From an uncultured delta proteobacterium (GTDB taxonomy: Bacteria; Desulfobacterota; RBG-13-43-22): 64,000 nt of DNA. A program made the translations under genes and the position numbers. The notes under the pieces are model-generated. The model was not told the origin of the DNA. It made no database searches and saw nothing but the letters and a program-made list of their open reading frames with translations. Within the stretch, counting starts at the first letter, position 1, and each line of letters starts with the position of its first letter. The stretch is from contig CAWBOS010000010.1 in NCBI GenBank assembly GCA_963790475.1, positions 1,184,001 to 1,248,000 of the forward strand, given 5' to 3'. Shown in pieces: positions 39,249 through 49,576 of the stretch.

Positions 39249-39701
39249 TTATAGAAGGTGCTTCAAATACGGCCGGGCCTGGTTAAACAAGTCTGCAAAA
39301 ATGCTGATCGTACCAATTTCCGGCTCTCCTATGGAGAGGATAACGGTTTTTTTCCAGTAAAGGTTCCCTTCCCTCAACCCTTTGACCATTTCCCAGGGGA
39401 TGAATAACGGTTTAAGCCGGGAGGAAAAGGGAATGTTAACCTCCAAATAAAGCCCTTGTTCGGTGATCCCCACCGTGGCACATCGCCTATAAAACACCTG
39501 ACCTGCTTCTATGGTTTGTCCTTTGAACAAATCCCCCAGTGGTGGAGATGACGCCGGGAAGCGTTCAGCCAGCCTTGTCCAGCCCCCACCCCGGCCGCTG
39601 ATGTTTTTCAAAATTTTCGGAAGCAGAAAAACCAAGCCGATTATTAGGAGAATAACAATGACAATAGCCAGGGAAAGAAAGAAAATAAAAGATGAATCCA
39701 A
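39249..39701 (-). CDS. Membrane-anchored hypothetical protein
   Basis: N-terminal TM helix; GGW..LA..F…PLFIPW. Confidence 0.7.
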   Translation of the reverse strand: MDSSFIFFLSLAIVIVILLIIGLVFLLPKILKNISGRGGGWTRLAERFPASSPPLGDLFKGQTIEAGQVFYRRCATVGITEQGLYLEVNIPFSSRLKPLFIPWEMVKGLREGNLYWKKTVILSIGEPEIGTISIFADLFNQARPYLKHLL

Positions 39702-39737
39702 TGGCTGCCCTTCTATTTATTTTAATATCCGATGAAC

Positions 39738-39968
39738 TTATTTGGGTCCGAAGACTTCCCCAGCGGGGGTTTGGGTCTTTTTTGGGGTTCCTTTTTTCGC
39801 CGGGGCCTTGGTCTCTTTTGGCTCAGCAGGAGGAGCCTTGGGAGGCGCTTCCTTTTCCCCCGCAATAGATTGTTTCACGTCGTTGACTACATGTTTGACT
39901 TGAACGCAGCCTACCAAGAAGCAAAGTGACAAGAGGATGATTAAAAGGTTTTTTATCCGAGGAACCAT
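39738..39968 (-). CDS. Small lipoprotein
   Basis: Lipobox FLVGC; Pro/Lys/Ala-rich tail; GGAGG RBS. Confidence 0.7.
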   Translation of the reverse strand: MVPRIKNLLIILLSLCFLVGCVQVKHVVNDVKQSIAGEKEAPPKAPPAEPKETKAPAKKGTPKKTQTPAGEVFGPK

Positions 39969-40152
39969 GTTGGTAACCTCCGCTGTTAACGAAAAAAGAA
40001 TAGAATGGTGAAAGTATATGAGGGAAAAGAAAACAGGTCAAGGAGAAAAAAGATAAATATCTGACCGAATGGGCCCGACCCAGCTCCACATGATAACCTG
40101 CCCATTCACGTTGAATTGAACCGGGACCATTTTCATAAAGAGATTTGAATTA

Positions 40153-40395
40153 ATGAGAAAAGGTTTTTTTATTTTGGCAATACTGAACGGTTGGCTTTGC
40201 TGGCTTCCTTTTTCGGAAGCGGCCGTCACTCTTCCCAATGAACCTGTCGTGGACCACCCGGCAGATGTTGTCTTGCCTCGGGATTTTCCTTTTCCGATAT
40301 CAGAAAAGGTCATCGAGACCGGGGGCCTCAAAATCCTGGTTTTTGGGCACAGCGGTACCGGTGATGAGATTCAGATGAAGGTCGACCGGCCATGA
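40153..40395 (+). CDS. Short secreted hypothetical protein (possibly truncated)
   Basis: Signal-peptide-like N-terminus MRKGFFIL…SEA. Confidence 0.35.
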   Translation: MRKGFFILAILNGWLCWLPFSEAAVTLPNEPVVDHPADVVLPRDFPFPISEKVIETGGLKILVFGHSGTGDEIQMKVDRP

Positions 40396-40452
40396 AAAAT
40401 TTTTGCGAAAAGAACGGGTGTCATCTGGGCCTCACCGGTCGCGTAGGCAAAA

Positions 40453-40659
40453 TCAGCGGAGCATTTCGATGGCACAGCTCGGGCACAGGATCCGGAGACG
40501 GGTAATGGCATCACCCTCTCTCAGTTTTTCAATTTCCCTGTGTTCCTTTCGCATTTGATCGGTACAGTGGAGGCAGTAAACCTTTCCGCAATCAGGGCAT
40601 TCTACCCAACCTTCGTCGGCAGTATAATCCTTTCCGCAGGATTCACATTTTTTCTTCAT
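40453..40659 (-). CDS. Small double zinc-finger protein
   Basis: CESC, CPDC, CLHC, CPSC; GGAGG RBS. Confidence 0.75.
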   Translation of the reverse strand: MKKKCESCGKDYTADEGWVECPDCGKVYCLHCTDQMRKEHREIEKLREGDAITRLRILCPSCAIEMLR

Positions 40660-40841
40660 GTTGGTTTTTCCTCCCTCTTTTCTGTATAGCCTGTGAGTTA
40701 AAAGTTCCGGGTAGATTTTGAATTATAGGAAAGGGCCTGTTTACATGTCAAGGGTGAAATGACTCAAATTACAGGGTTAGATCCACCGAGGATATTTTAT
40801 CGAATAGGTTTTTGAAGTTGAGGTTTCTTGTTAGAAGAGAC

Positions 40842-40877
40842 AAAAAAGGCAGGAGTCTATAAAACTCCTGCCTTTTT
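40842..40877. terminator. Intrinsic terminator
   Basis: aaaaaggcaggagt…actcctgccttttt. Confidence 0.8.
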
Positions 40878-40915
40878 CTTTTCCAAAAAATAAATATTGA
40901 GTTAAAGGTTATCTT

Positions 40916-41149
40916 CTATTGAGACAAGGGAAACGGTGCTGGCAGTGAAGCTTTTTCCGTATAACCGTTTATTTTTACCTGAATGAAATACATATCTTTA
41001 GGACTTAAATTGGTGCCAAAAACCTTTTCCGCCCAATCCATGATCGATTTCTTGGTAATTCTTTCAGAATCGTTCCTCCTTTCTGGGAGAATACCAAGTA
41101 ACTCGTATCCCTTTGCTGGATCGTGCCAATAAAATTCGTAGGCAACCAT
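40916..41149 (-). CDS. Small hypothetical protein (YEFY…LIG.LPERR-type)
   Basis: Start re-called at MVAYEFY behind GAGG; followed by terminator. Confidence 0.7.
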   Translation of the reverse strand: MVAYEFYWHDPAKGYELLGILPERRNDSERITKKSIMDWAEKVFGTNLSPKDMYFIQVKINGYTEKASLPAPFPLSQ

Positions 41150-41367
41150 TAGAATTCCTCTCTTGGGTTTACAAACAACACCGAAAAAAAGGCACCCCTT
41201 TCTCAACTTGCCCTTCTTCACGAAATTTGTTCAGAGATTATTCGCGAATTTTTTCCCCGGACCCCTTGGTCTGGCAGACCAGACTTAAAAAGGAGAATTC
41301 ATATTTTTTTCTACTACTTTAAGTACTTAAGGTCAATCAACTTTTTTCTGATCCTTTACCTTTTTTT

Positions 41368-41384
41368 TGCAATTCGCATACCAA
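41368..41384 (-). promoter_or_regulatory. Sigma54 (-24/-12) promoter
   Basis: Minus strand TTGGTATGCGAATTGCA (GG-N10-GC). Confidence 0.65.
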
Positions 41385-41805
41385 AAACACAACGTCAAGT
41401 AAATATTATATAATTATAATTATGGGTAATAGAGGGAAAGTTTGAATTTGTAAAGAAATCCGACAAAAAAACAGGATTCCGGAAGGAAAGAACTTAATAA
41501 AAAATAAATATCGTGTAATTTCAATAAGAAACAAATAACAGCACAGGATTTTGAGGAGTTTTCATTTCTGTTAAGAATTCCGACATTATTGAAAAAACCA
41601 ATCTTCCGGAATCATTAAGATCGGGACTTCCGATAAAAAGAAGGATTTTTTTTAAACTCAAGGATAGAAAATATTCTCAGGTAAATCTAAAGTATCAAGG
41701 GCGAAGTCCCGTTGAAGCAGGAATAAGGTGGCTCCTTAAACCTCAGGGAATATTCATCCAAGAATAATCGGAACGATCAGAATTTGGTTTCCCGGTTTGA
41801 ATCCT

Positions 41806-43161
41806 TCACTTAACGGTTTTGTTCGCTTCAGCCATAACGACCAGAGGAATTTTTACCTTGCCTTTTCCCAAGATGCGGTCGGCCGCTTCCTGGGATAAGC
41901 TCCTGTAAAGCAGTCTGACATTTATCGTCACCGGTTTCGAAAAGGTTCCGGGGATCGTCAGCACTTCCCTTAAAGACCCCAAAGGCGGCACGCGATGGTC
42001 TCTGAGGATCTGACGCGCCTTGGAAATGTTGTCCACTTCTTTGCCCTTCCCGTCTCCGAAGACGGTATTGAAAAGGATCGATCCCTTCGGCAGATATCCG
42101 TCCGGTTGGATCACTCCGCTGCTAAATATCGTCTTGGCTGCGGCGTCCTTAACCACAACCTCGAGCCACATTTGACGGACATCCGTAATCCCGGTCGGCA
42201 GCGAGTGACCGGCGCCGGTGTTCTTCACCGACACAATAATCTTGCCTTGTTCTATATTCGAAGGGTCGATATCCAGATCTGCGGCTTTTTTTAAATGCTC
42301 CTCAACCATTTTCGCCTTGATTTTGTCGCCGAACAGGGAAGGCACAGTCATATTACCCCCCAGGAAATAATGGGTATAGATATGCTTGCGCTGAGGTCCG
42401 TCCTGGGCGGCCTGACCCGGATTCTTCGGTCTCGGGGTGGAGCCGGTAGCCGGCACACCGGGTCGTTGAAACATATGACACCCCTGACAGGTTAGGCGTT
42501 TTTGGGGGTCAGGAGAATTATACCGACTCTTAGACCATTCTTCGTAGGTGGTATCAAGTTTTGTCCCAAATGCGGCATGGCGGACGTTATGGCAGACACC
42601 GCACATTTCTGAATTAGTGTGGAATTCCGAGTAACTGTTTTTATGGAAGTCTGATTCCGAATCCTTAAAAGGTCCCCGTTTAATCCCGGGATTTTCTTCC
42701 CCATGGCCCGGATCGAGTTTCATCTGGTTGTTGTAAACGGCATAGGCCCCGGTGGCCGAATGACAGAAATCGCACTGAACGCCCTGTTTGGGAATGGCGG
42801 CCACCTTGCCGGGGTTGTTTCGATCCTGAGAAACCGTGTTCGGGAACCCCGAAAAAAAACCAACCGGCGTATGGCATTTGACGCAGATTTCACTCTCCAT
42901 GATTTCGCCGGCATCGGTGAGACCTGTCAGGGACTGGTAGGCGACGGCGCGATAGATGGGGTCGACATGGGAAAGGTTGTGCATCGAGTATTTCCATTGA
43001 TTGTAGATTTCATCGTGGCATTCACCGCATTTCTCGGGTGAGATAAATCTTGAGAGTTCGAAATGTTGCATCTTGGGGGAGGAAAATAAGACCGGAGGAA
43101 AGGACAGACAGATAGTGAAAACGAAAAAAATGAGACTCTTCGATTTGAAGTATCTTATCAT
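41806..43161 (-). CDS. Periplasmic pentaheme c-type cytochrome (c554-like)
   Basis: Signal peptide; CGECH, CVKCH, CDFCH, CGVCH, CQGCH; C-terminal N.GAGH.LPTG domain. Confidence 0.92.
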   Translation of the reverse strand: MIRYFKSKSLIFFVFTICLSFPPVLFSSPKMQHFELSRFISPEKCGECHDEIYNQWKYSMHNLSHVDPIYRAVAYQSLTGLTDAGEIMESEICVKCHTPVGFFSGFPNTVSQDRNNPGKVAAIPKQGVQCDFCHSATGAYAVYNNQMKLDPGHGEENPGIKRGPFKDSESDFHKNSYSEFHTNSEMCGVCHNVRHAAFGTKLDTTYEEWSKSRYNSPDPQKRLTCQGCHMFQRPGVPATGSTPRPKNPGQAAQDGPQRKHIYTHYFLGGNMTVPSLFGDKIKAKMVEEHLKKAADLDIDPSNIEQGKIIVSVKNTGAGHSLPTGITDVRQMWLEVVVKDAAAKTIFSSGVIQPDGYLPKGSILFNTVFGDGKGKEVDNISKARQILRDHRVPPLGSLREVLTIPGTFSKPVTINVRLLYRSLSQEAADRILGKGKVKIPLVVMAEANKTVK

Positions 43162-43352
43162 GTTGTTTTATATTAGAGAGGAAAGACCAATAAGTCCACA
43201 AAAATATCTGCTCGAAAAAAAGGCTTTTTTAAATACCTCCCCTACCGTTATACAATATTGAGATATTCCATTTATAATACTCTAACCGGTTTGTAGATAT
43301 CTTTTTTAATTGAAGGGATCTCCCCAGCCCTATCGGTCAAATGCGTTGTTTG

Positions 43353-43670
43353 TTATCTTGAAGACCGTTTACCCAGTGTTCCCGGGCGATACCGGAGAAC
43401 TAAAGACACGGTAAGCAGAACGGAGACCAGCGAGATAGCGGTCGATAGAACCAGTGGCCATCCCCTGCCGTTCAGCAGGAGTTGAACTATGGCGTAGAAC
43501 AAGCCAAAAAAAGAGGAAAGGGTCCAGATACACCAGGACCTGAGAGAGATATCTCGACTCGATCTGGTGCGAACGAGTTGGACCCACTGGGGAAGATAGG
43601 CCGACAGGGCAATGACGGGTACAGCCATCTGACAGACATTGGCACTGGTGATTACGGATTCCGGGAGCAT
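43353..43670 (-). CDS. PQ-loop/SemiSWEET-like small membrane protein
   Basis: YLPQ…RTRSSRDISL; three TM segments. Confidence 0.75.
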   Translation of the reverse strand: MLPESVITSANVCQMAVPVIALSAYLPQWVQLVRTRSSRDISLRSWCIWTLSSFFGLFYAIVQLLLNGRGWPLVLSTAISLVSVLLTVSLVLRYRPGTLGKRSSR

Positions 43671-43686
43671 ATCGATTAACCTCTTT

Positions 43687-44442
43687 CTATATTTTTCCCA
43701 CCGTCGCCAGGTAAATGACAAATTCATCTACGCCGTCGATTCTCAATAATCGGTCCATGGCTTCCTGGTCGTAAGCGGCTATCGCACAGGTCCCGCAACC
43801 TACCGCCTCACAAGCCAGATAAAGATTCTGACCGACATGTCCCGCATCCAGGGCAATGACCTTATGAGCCGCCAGTCCATACCGCCATTCCATCCGATAG
43901 GGTACGGCTGTCCAGATAAAGGTCACCGCCGCTTTTCCGGGATAAGGTTGTCTGAAAATGGCCCTGACTAACTTTTCCCCCAGCCCCTCTTCAGGTCCTT
44001 CAAACAGCAATTGATGTTCCTGGGGAAGATAGCGGTAAATCCCCCGGTCAAGACCTTCCACCTTCAAAACACACAGATAGGTTTCCAGGGCATGGCGGCA
44101 GCCGGCCGAAGGGACGGTCCGGTAGGCATGTCCCTGGTCAATCTGCTGACGGATCCCCTGGGTGGCCCATAAGAGAAAAGAAAGCTCATCCAATTTCAAA
44201 GGCCGGTCGATAAAGGTTCTATGGCTCTTACGGGTTTTGATGGCTTCTACCAGGCTGATACCGGCGATGTTTTCCCAGGAATCCATTTTTAAAAGGTTGA
44301 TCCTCAAGGCATCGGGGGAAAAGGGCTTTTCAATCGGAGGAGGGGCAATGCCCCGGTTTTGATCCGTTGTTGAGAAATCGAAATTCTTGCGAATCGTGTC
44401 CTTGAGAAAAGACCGGTATTGTTGGAGAAGATGATCGTTCAT
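43687..44442 (-). CDS. SagB/ThcOx-family nitroreductase-fold protein
   Basis: RKSHR, RTVPSAG, WRYG, LDAGHVGQN. Confidence 0.9.
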   Translation of the reverse strand: MNDHLLQQYRSFLKDTIRKNFDFSTTDQNRGIAPPPIEKPFSPDALRINLLKMDSWENIAGISLVEAIKTRKSHRTFIDRPLKLDELSFLLWATQGIRQQIDQGHAYRTVPSAGCRHALETYLCVLKVEGLDRGIYRYLPQEHQLLFEGPEEGLGEKLVRAIFRQPYPGKAAVTFIWTAVPYRMEWRYGLAAHKVIALDAGHVGQNLYLACEAVGCGTCAIAAYDQEAMDRLLRIDGVDEFVIYLATVGKI

Positions 44443-44613
44443 CAAGGTTTCTCCTTTCTTTCAAACTTTTATTTTTAGTGAACCCTCATCCCCTCCGGCA
44501 CCACGCACAACGAAGCAAGAAAAAAAGATTCCAGGGGTCAAGGGCTCAAGACCGCTTGGCGGAGTAAAAGGCGTCGCAGTTAAACCATGTGGCCCCTGAA
44601 GAGGGGTGTCTTT

Positions 44614-46302
44614 TTAGGTCGGCCTGTCGACCTCCCGGGTCCCTGCTTTCTTGTTAAAAACCTTATAGGTCTCATATCCCCCGCTCAGGTTCCAGGCCCG
44701 AAATCCCTTCTGGGTCAGGATCCGATACCCGACGTAGGCCCGCTGCCCTACGGCGCAATAAATGACATAGTTTTTCTCTCGGTCCAGGTTCTTCAACTGA
44801 TCCCTCAGGTTATCCACGGGGATATTCAACGCCCCCGAAATGGCGCCCGATGCCTTGATTTCCGCTTTGGAACGCAAATCCAAAAAGAGATGCTCTTTCA
44901 GATCATGATCGTCAACCTCCTGAGGATAGACATTTTTCATATCCCCCTTGATCAGGTTGGAGGCCACAAATCCGGCAATGTTTACCGGGTCTTTAGCCGA
45001 TGAATAGGGCGGGGCATAGGCCAGTTCCAACTCCTCCAGATCAAAAACCGTCATTCCCCCGTGAATGGCCGTGGCCAGAACATCGATCCGTTTGTCCACC
45101 CCTTCTTTTCCGATGATTTGGGCGCCGAGAACAGTTCCCTTTCCGGGTGAAAAAAGGAGCTTAATGGTCATGGTTTCGGCCCCCGGATAATAGGAGGCAT
45201 GAGAACCGGAACAGGTGTAACTCACCTGATGTGGCAAATCGTAGGCATGGAGCGTTTTTTCGCTTAAGCCGGCTGAGGCGACCGTAAGATCGAAGACCTT
45301 GACAATCGAGGTCCGCATGGTTCCCCGGAAAACCGCCTTTCGCCCCAGGGCATTATCAGCCGCAATCCGACCCTGCTTGTTAGCCGGGCCGGCCAGGGCC
45401 GATATTAATGGAAACCCGGTGATAAATTCCCTGACCTCTACGGCATCACCCACTGCATAGATATCCGGGTCGGACGTTTGCATAGAGGCATCGACCTTTA
45501 TGCCTCCGGTTTTTCCAATTTCCAACCCCGCTTCTTTGGCCAGACGGTTTTCCGGCCGGATGCCGATGGACAGGATGACCATGTCACACCGAATATCTTT
45601 CTCATTTTCAACCGAGACTACCAATTGATCCCCTTCTTCTCTAAACCCCCTAACTCCTTTGCCCAACTTGCAAACGACCCCTTTGGATTCCAGATGGGCC
45701 CGCACCATTTCGGCCATCTCCGCATCAAGAGGCAACATCACTTGCTCGGCCATCTCCACAATGGTGGTCCGGACACCGCGCTGAACCAGATTCTCCACCA
45801 TCTCCAGTCCGATAAACCCGCCGCCGACGATGACGGCCGATTGGGGATTTTTTTTATCCACGTGAGACTTGATCTTGTCGGTATCCGGGATATTGCGAAG
45901 ATTAAAAATCCCTTCCAGATTGATCCCTTCCAGGGGTGGCCTCAAAGGTTCCGCGCCGGGCGCCAGAATGATCTTGTCATAGGTTTCCCAATAAGTCTCC
46001 CGGGTCTGGTGATCGTGAACGGATACCCGTTTATTCTTTCGGTCTATGACAGTTACTTCACAAAAAATTCGAATATCGATCTGATATCTTTTTCGGAAGG
46101 CCTCGGGGGTGGTCACCAACAGGTCTTTACGTTTTTTAATGACCTCGCCCACATAATAAGGCAACCCGCAATTGGCAAAAGAGATGTACTCACCCCTCTC
46201 CAAAAGAATGATTTCCGCTTCTTCATCCATTCGTCTGGCCCTGGCCGCGGCCGTAGCCCCGCCGGCCACTCCTCCGATAATAATTAGCTTGGTCTTGCTC
46301 AT
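44614..46302 (-). CDS. CoA-disulfide reductase with C-terminal rhodanese domain
   Basis: IIGGVAGG, SFANCGLPY, GGGFIGLE, AYAPPY, YCAVGQR. Confidence 0.93.
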   Translation of the reverse strand: MSKTKLIIIGGVAGGATAAARARRMDEEAEIILLERGEYISFANCGLPYYVGEVIKKRKDLLVTTPEAFRKRYQIDIRIFCEVTVIDRKNKRVSVHDHQTRETYWETYDKIILAPGAEPLRPPLEGINLEGIFNLRNIPDTDKIKSHVDKKNPQSAVIVGGGFIGLEMVENLVQRGVRTTIVEMAEQVMLPLDAEMAEMVRAHLESKGVVCKLGKGVRGFREEGDQLVVSVENEKDIRCDMVILSIGIRPENRLAKEAGLEIGKTGGIKVDASMQTSDPDIYAVGDAVEVREFITGFPLISALAGPANKQGRIAADNALGRKAVFRGTMRTSIVKVFDLTVASAGLSEKTLHAYDLPHQVSYTCSGSHASYYPGAETMTIKLLFSPGKGTVLGAQIIGKEGVDKRIDVLATAIHGGMTVFDLEELELAYAPPYSSAKDPVNIAGFVASNLIKGDMKNVYPQEVDDHDLKEHLFLDLRSKAEIKASGAISGALNIPVDNLRDQLKNLDREKNYVIYCAVGQRAYVGYRILTQKGFRAWNLSGGYETYKVFNKKAGTREVDRPT

Positions 46303-46409
46303 ATCATCCCCCTTTGTTTTGGCTGTGAGGTATTCATAACCACGTTGAATTATTATACCCCGGCAGAAATAATAAAAGAGCTAAACGATTACAAAAACAG
46401 AAAAGATTA

Positions 46410-47462
46410 TCACGATATCCAGACCCCCCATTCGCCGCCGGCCCCTTGGGGAAAATCCGGAACGACCCCCTTCTCCACCAGTCGGTCTGCGGCATAGGAA
46501 TAGGCCAGGTGAAACAGCATACAAAGGACGTCGGGCCAGGAACATTGAGCAAAAGAACACTGATCGGCACGATATCGGAGTCCTTCCATCTCGGGGAAAA
46601 AATGGTCTATTATTTTTTGGGAAGTTTTCCGACAAAGTTCGAAAACGGCCTCCCGATCGCTGTCATCAAAGACGGGGATGGCTAGCTGCGGGGGATTATC
46701 CAAAGTCAGTAACCCCGCCTCTTGGAGCGAACCCTCTACCCTTTTCCGAGATGAGGATTGATGCAAATCGAATAAGATTGTCCTATCGCCCTTGTCCCGT
46801 CCCTCAATAAAACGGTTAAGATAATTCCAGGTATCACGTCGGCTCAAAACAGCCTTGAGGCTCCCTCGGTCCATCCCGTGAGATCGAATAATGTGAAGCT
46901 GTTTTCCCTCCAAACCGTTATAGGTGGTGAATCCGAAAATTCTTTGAGGACCGGCGGCAAAGGCATAACCCCAGAAAAAGAAATTCCCGGCCACCCCTCT
47001 TGGGGGATAGGTCCCTATCACCTCCCGCCGAAGCAGTGAAAACACCCAAGAGTCCAAGGTCAGGGCACAGATCAGGATGGTCAGGAGGTTATCAACAATC
47101 TGCTTTGAAGAAAAAGTCCTTCCAGCCAAGGTCTGGGCTAAAGCCCGGTAGTCTTCCGCCTGATCCAAGACGGCCTTGGCCATAAACCGGGAAATATCGT
47201 CGAACCAGGTTTTCAGAATAGTCAGATCGTCGTCACTCATGATCGGTCCCAGGGGGACTGCCCTTTCTTTATCGAACCGGACAATCGCGGCTCGGTTCCA
47301 GGACGATAAAAGCTTCCACTTAGGATCCGATTCAGCCGGCAGGGAAATCCCCTTGGGATAAAGGTCCGCATATAGCCGGCGGGACGGTTCATCGGGAAGG
47401 AGATTTTGCCAGCTCCCGGAGCCGGACATGCGGAAACTGATTGAATTCATGGACCAGCTCAT
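46410..47462 (-). CDS. Hypothetical protein
   Basis: 350-aa ORF filling the gap; no recognisable motif. Confidence 0.65.
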   Translation of the reverse strand: MSWSMNSISFRMSGSGSWQNLLPDEPSRRLYADLYPKGISLPAESDPKWKLLSSWNRAAIVRFDKERAVPLGPIMSDDDLTILKTWFDDISRFMAKAVLDQAEDYRALAQTLAGRTFSSKQIVDNLLTILICALTLDSWVFSLLRREVIGTYPPRGVAGNFFFWGYAFAAGPQRIFGFTTYNGLEGKQLHIIRSHGMDRGSLKAVLSRRDTWNYLNRFIEGRDKGDRTILFDLHQSSSRKRVEGSLQEAGLLTLDNPPQLAIPVFDDSDREAVFELCRKTSQKIIDHFFPEMEGLRYRADQCSFAQCSWPDVLCMLFHLAYSYAADRLVEKGVVPDFPQGAGGEWGVWIS

Positions 47463-47650
47463 GGGACCAGGAAATAATCCTTAAGGGAAGAAAAAAAATA
47501 CCCTTTAATCAAACGTCTTTTTCAGGTTTACGGTTAAGTTACTTTTCCTTAGGTTTCGTTGCTCTCTTCTGGAACAAAAAATTTATTAAAAAAAATAATA
47601 CATAGAGTAACATAATTCCGGGACTCAATAAAGTCATAAAGATCGCCTCC

Positions 47651-49030
47651 ATGCCCTCTAAAATCATCCAAGAGCTGCAGGTAAAAGTCGAATTTTAGGA
47701 ACGGGTGCTGGACAAAGTCCGGAACGGGGTTATGATCACCGACCCTAAGGGCCGGATTATCTTTTTCAGCCGACTTATGGGAATTTCCTGGGGATCGACC
47801 CCAAAAAAGTTATCGGCAAACATTGCAGTAAGGTGGTGGAAAACACCCGGATGGTTGCGGTGGCTCAAACCGGTATCCGGGAGATCAATCATCCCCATCG
47901 CATAAAAGGGCTGGACATGGTCTTCAAAGGATTCCCATCCAGATGGGTCGGGTCCTTGCCGTTTACGGCCAGGTAATGTTTGAAGATGTCCGTGATGTCC
48001 AGGCCCTGGCCAAAAAATTATCCTTACTGGAATCCAAGGTCGAGCTCTATGAGAAGGAACTGGAAAGTTTACAGTCTTCCAAATATACTTTCAGTCACAT
48101 TGCCGGAAAAAGCATGTCCATCTTGGAATTGAAGAAAATCGCCCTCAAGGCCGCCAGGACCAATGCCCCGGTCCTGATTCTGGGGGAAAGCGGCACAGGC
48201 AAAGGGCTCTTCGCCCATGCCATTCATTATGCCAGCAACCGGCGGTTGTCCCCCTGTATCCGTTTAAATTATGCCGCCATCCCAGAGATCTTTTGGAGCC
48301 GGAGCTCTTCGGGTATCAGCCGGGTGCCTTTACCGGGGCCAGCAGTAAAGGCAAGCCGGGAAAATTAGAACTGGCTCATCAGGGACCGCCTTCCTGGATG
48401 AAATCGGAGTTCTTCCCTTGGAAATGCAGCCCAAACTGCTCGGTGATCGAGGAGAAAGAAACCGAGCGTCTGGGGGACACTCGGGTTTTTAAATCCGATT
48501 TTCGTCTCATTGCCGCTACCCATGAGAACCTGGAGAAGCTGGTCGACGAAGGCCGTTTTCGCAAGGACCTCTTTTACCGGCTCCAGGTCATCCCCATCAC
48601 CATCCCTCCTTTGCGGGAAAGAAAAGAAGATATTCCCATCCTGGCTCATCATCTGATGGGAACCCTGAACAACGATTTGGGGACCAAGATCACCCGGTTG
48701 ACTCCGGAGGTCCTTCGAAGTTTCGAAAGCTACCCTTGGCCGGGCAATGTCCGCGAACTGGCCAATATCCTGGAACGGATACTTTACTCCCTGGATGGAG
48801 GCCGTATTGAACGGCATCATTTACCGATTTATCTGCCGGACAAGACAAGAGGGCCCTCCCCACCCGCCACTGCCTCCTTGAAAAAAATCAGGGAAAGCCA
48901 GGAAAGGGAAATCCTTTTACAGGTCCTTGAACATTCCAAATACAATAAAAAAAGGCCGACCTGGTTCTGGGCATTCACCGCACGGCCTTATATAAAAAGA
49001 TGAAAAAAACATCAAATCCCTCTTTATCCT
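47651..49030 (+). pseudogene. PAS-AAA-HTH sigma54 activator, multiply disrupted
   Basis: TAG at 47696; GESGTGKG, ELFG…GAFTGA, FRKDLFYRL, WPGNVREL and LGIHRTALYKKM fall in different frames. Confidence 0.9.
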
Positions 49031-49129
49031 TATCTAACTCGGAATATTAAATAAAAAAATAATTTCCAAACGGAGTCCTGTATTGAGGATCGCTGCTCTC
49101 GAAGCGAAAGATGTAGCTTTATTTCAATA

Positions 49130-49216
49130 TGTAGCTATTTATCTACAGTTCAATGAATTCCCTGTAATTGTTCTTCTTTTTTATCATATCTTCTTGAGTG
49201 TAGCCTGAGGTCTACA
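49130..49216. promoter_or_regulatory. Two enhancer (UAS) palindromes TGTAG-N8-CTACA
   Basis: 49130-49147 tgtagctatttatctaca; 49199-49216 tgtagcctgaggtctaca. Confidence 0.7.
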
Positions 49217-49313
49217 GTATCGGATGAAAACTTTCAAATAAATTCATTTGGATATTTAAAAAAATATATTCAAATTTCTATTACTTAACTATTTTATGGC
49301 CTTGATTCATTTC

Positions 49314-49330
49314 TTGGCTTGTATCTTGCT
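49314..49330 (+). promoter_or_regulatory. Sigma54 (-24/-12) promoter
   Basis: TTGGCTTGTATCTTGCT (GG 49316, GC 49328). Confidence 0.75.
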
Positions 49331-49576
49331 TATAAAAATAAAAAGATGAATAAATCATTTTTCAAAGTCCCACCCGAATCGAACCAAATAAAAAAAAGAT
49401 ATTTAATCTTTATCAGCAATAAATGTTTTTTTTTAAATCTCTCTTCCCTGGGAGTCAGGAATGAACTAAAGACCGGAAAGTTCCCGGTCGTTCCAGACCA
49501 ATAGATTTATTCCCAATAAGTTTTCTTTTAGAAACGGATATTCCCCCGAGCGGAACCATCGAAAAGGATTTGTCTT

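Noticed and set aside
43687-44442. RiPP (azole) biosynthetic cluster
   Set aside because: SagB-like gene is stand-alone; no YcaO or precursor peptide nearby.
16538-47698. In-frame TAG codons (near 16540 and at 47696) as possible pyrrolysine or recoding
   Set aside because: Both genes also carry frameshifts, TAG is a normal stop elsewhere in the window, and no pyl genes are present.
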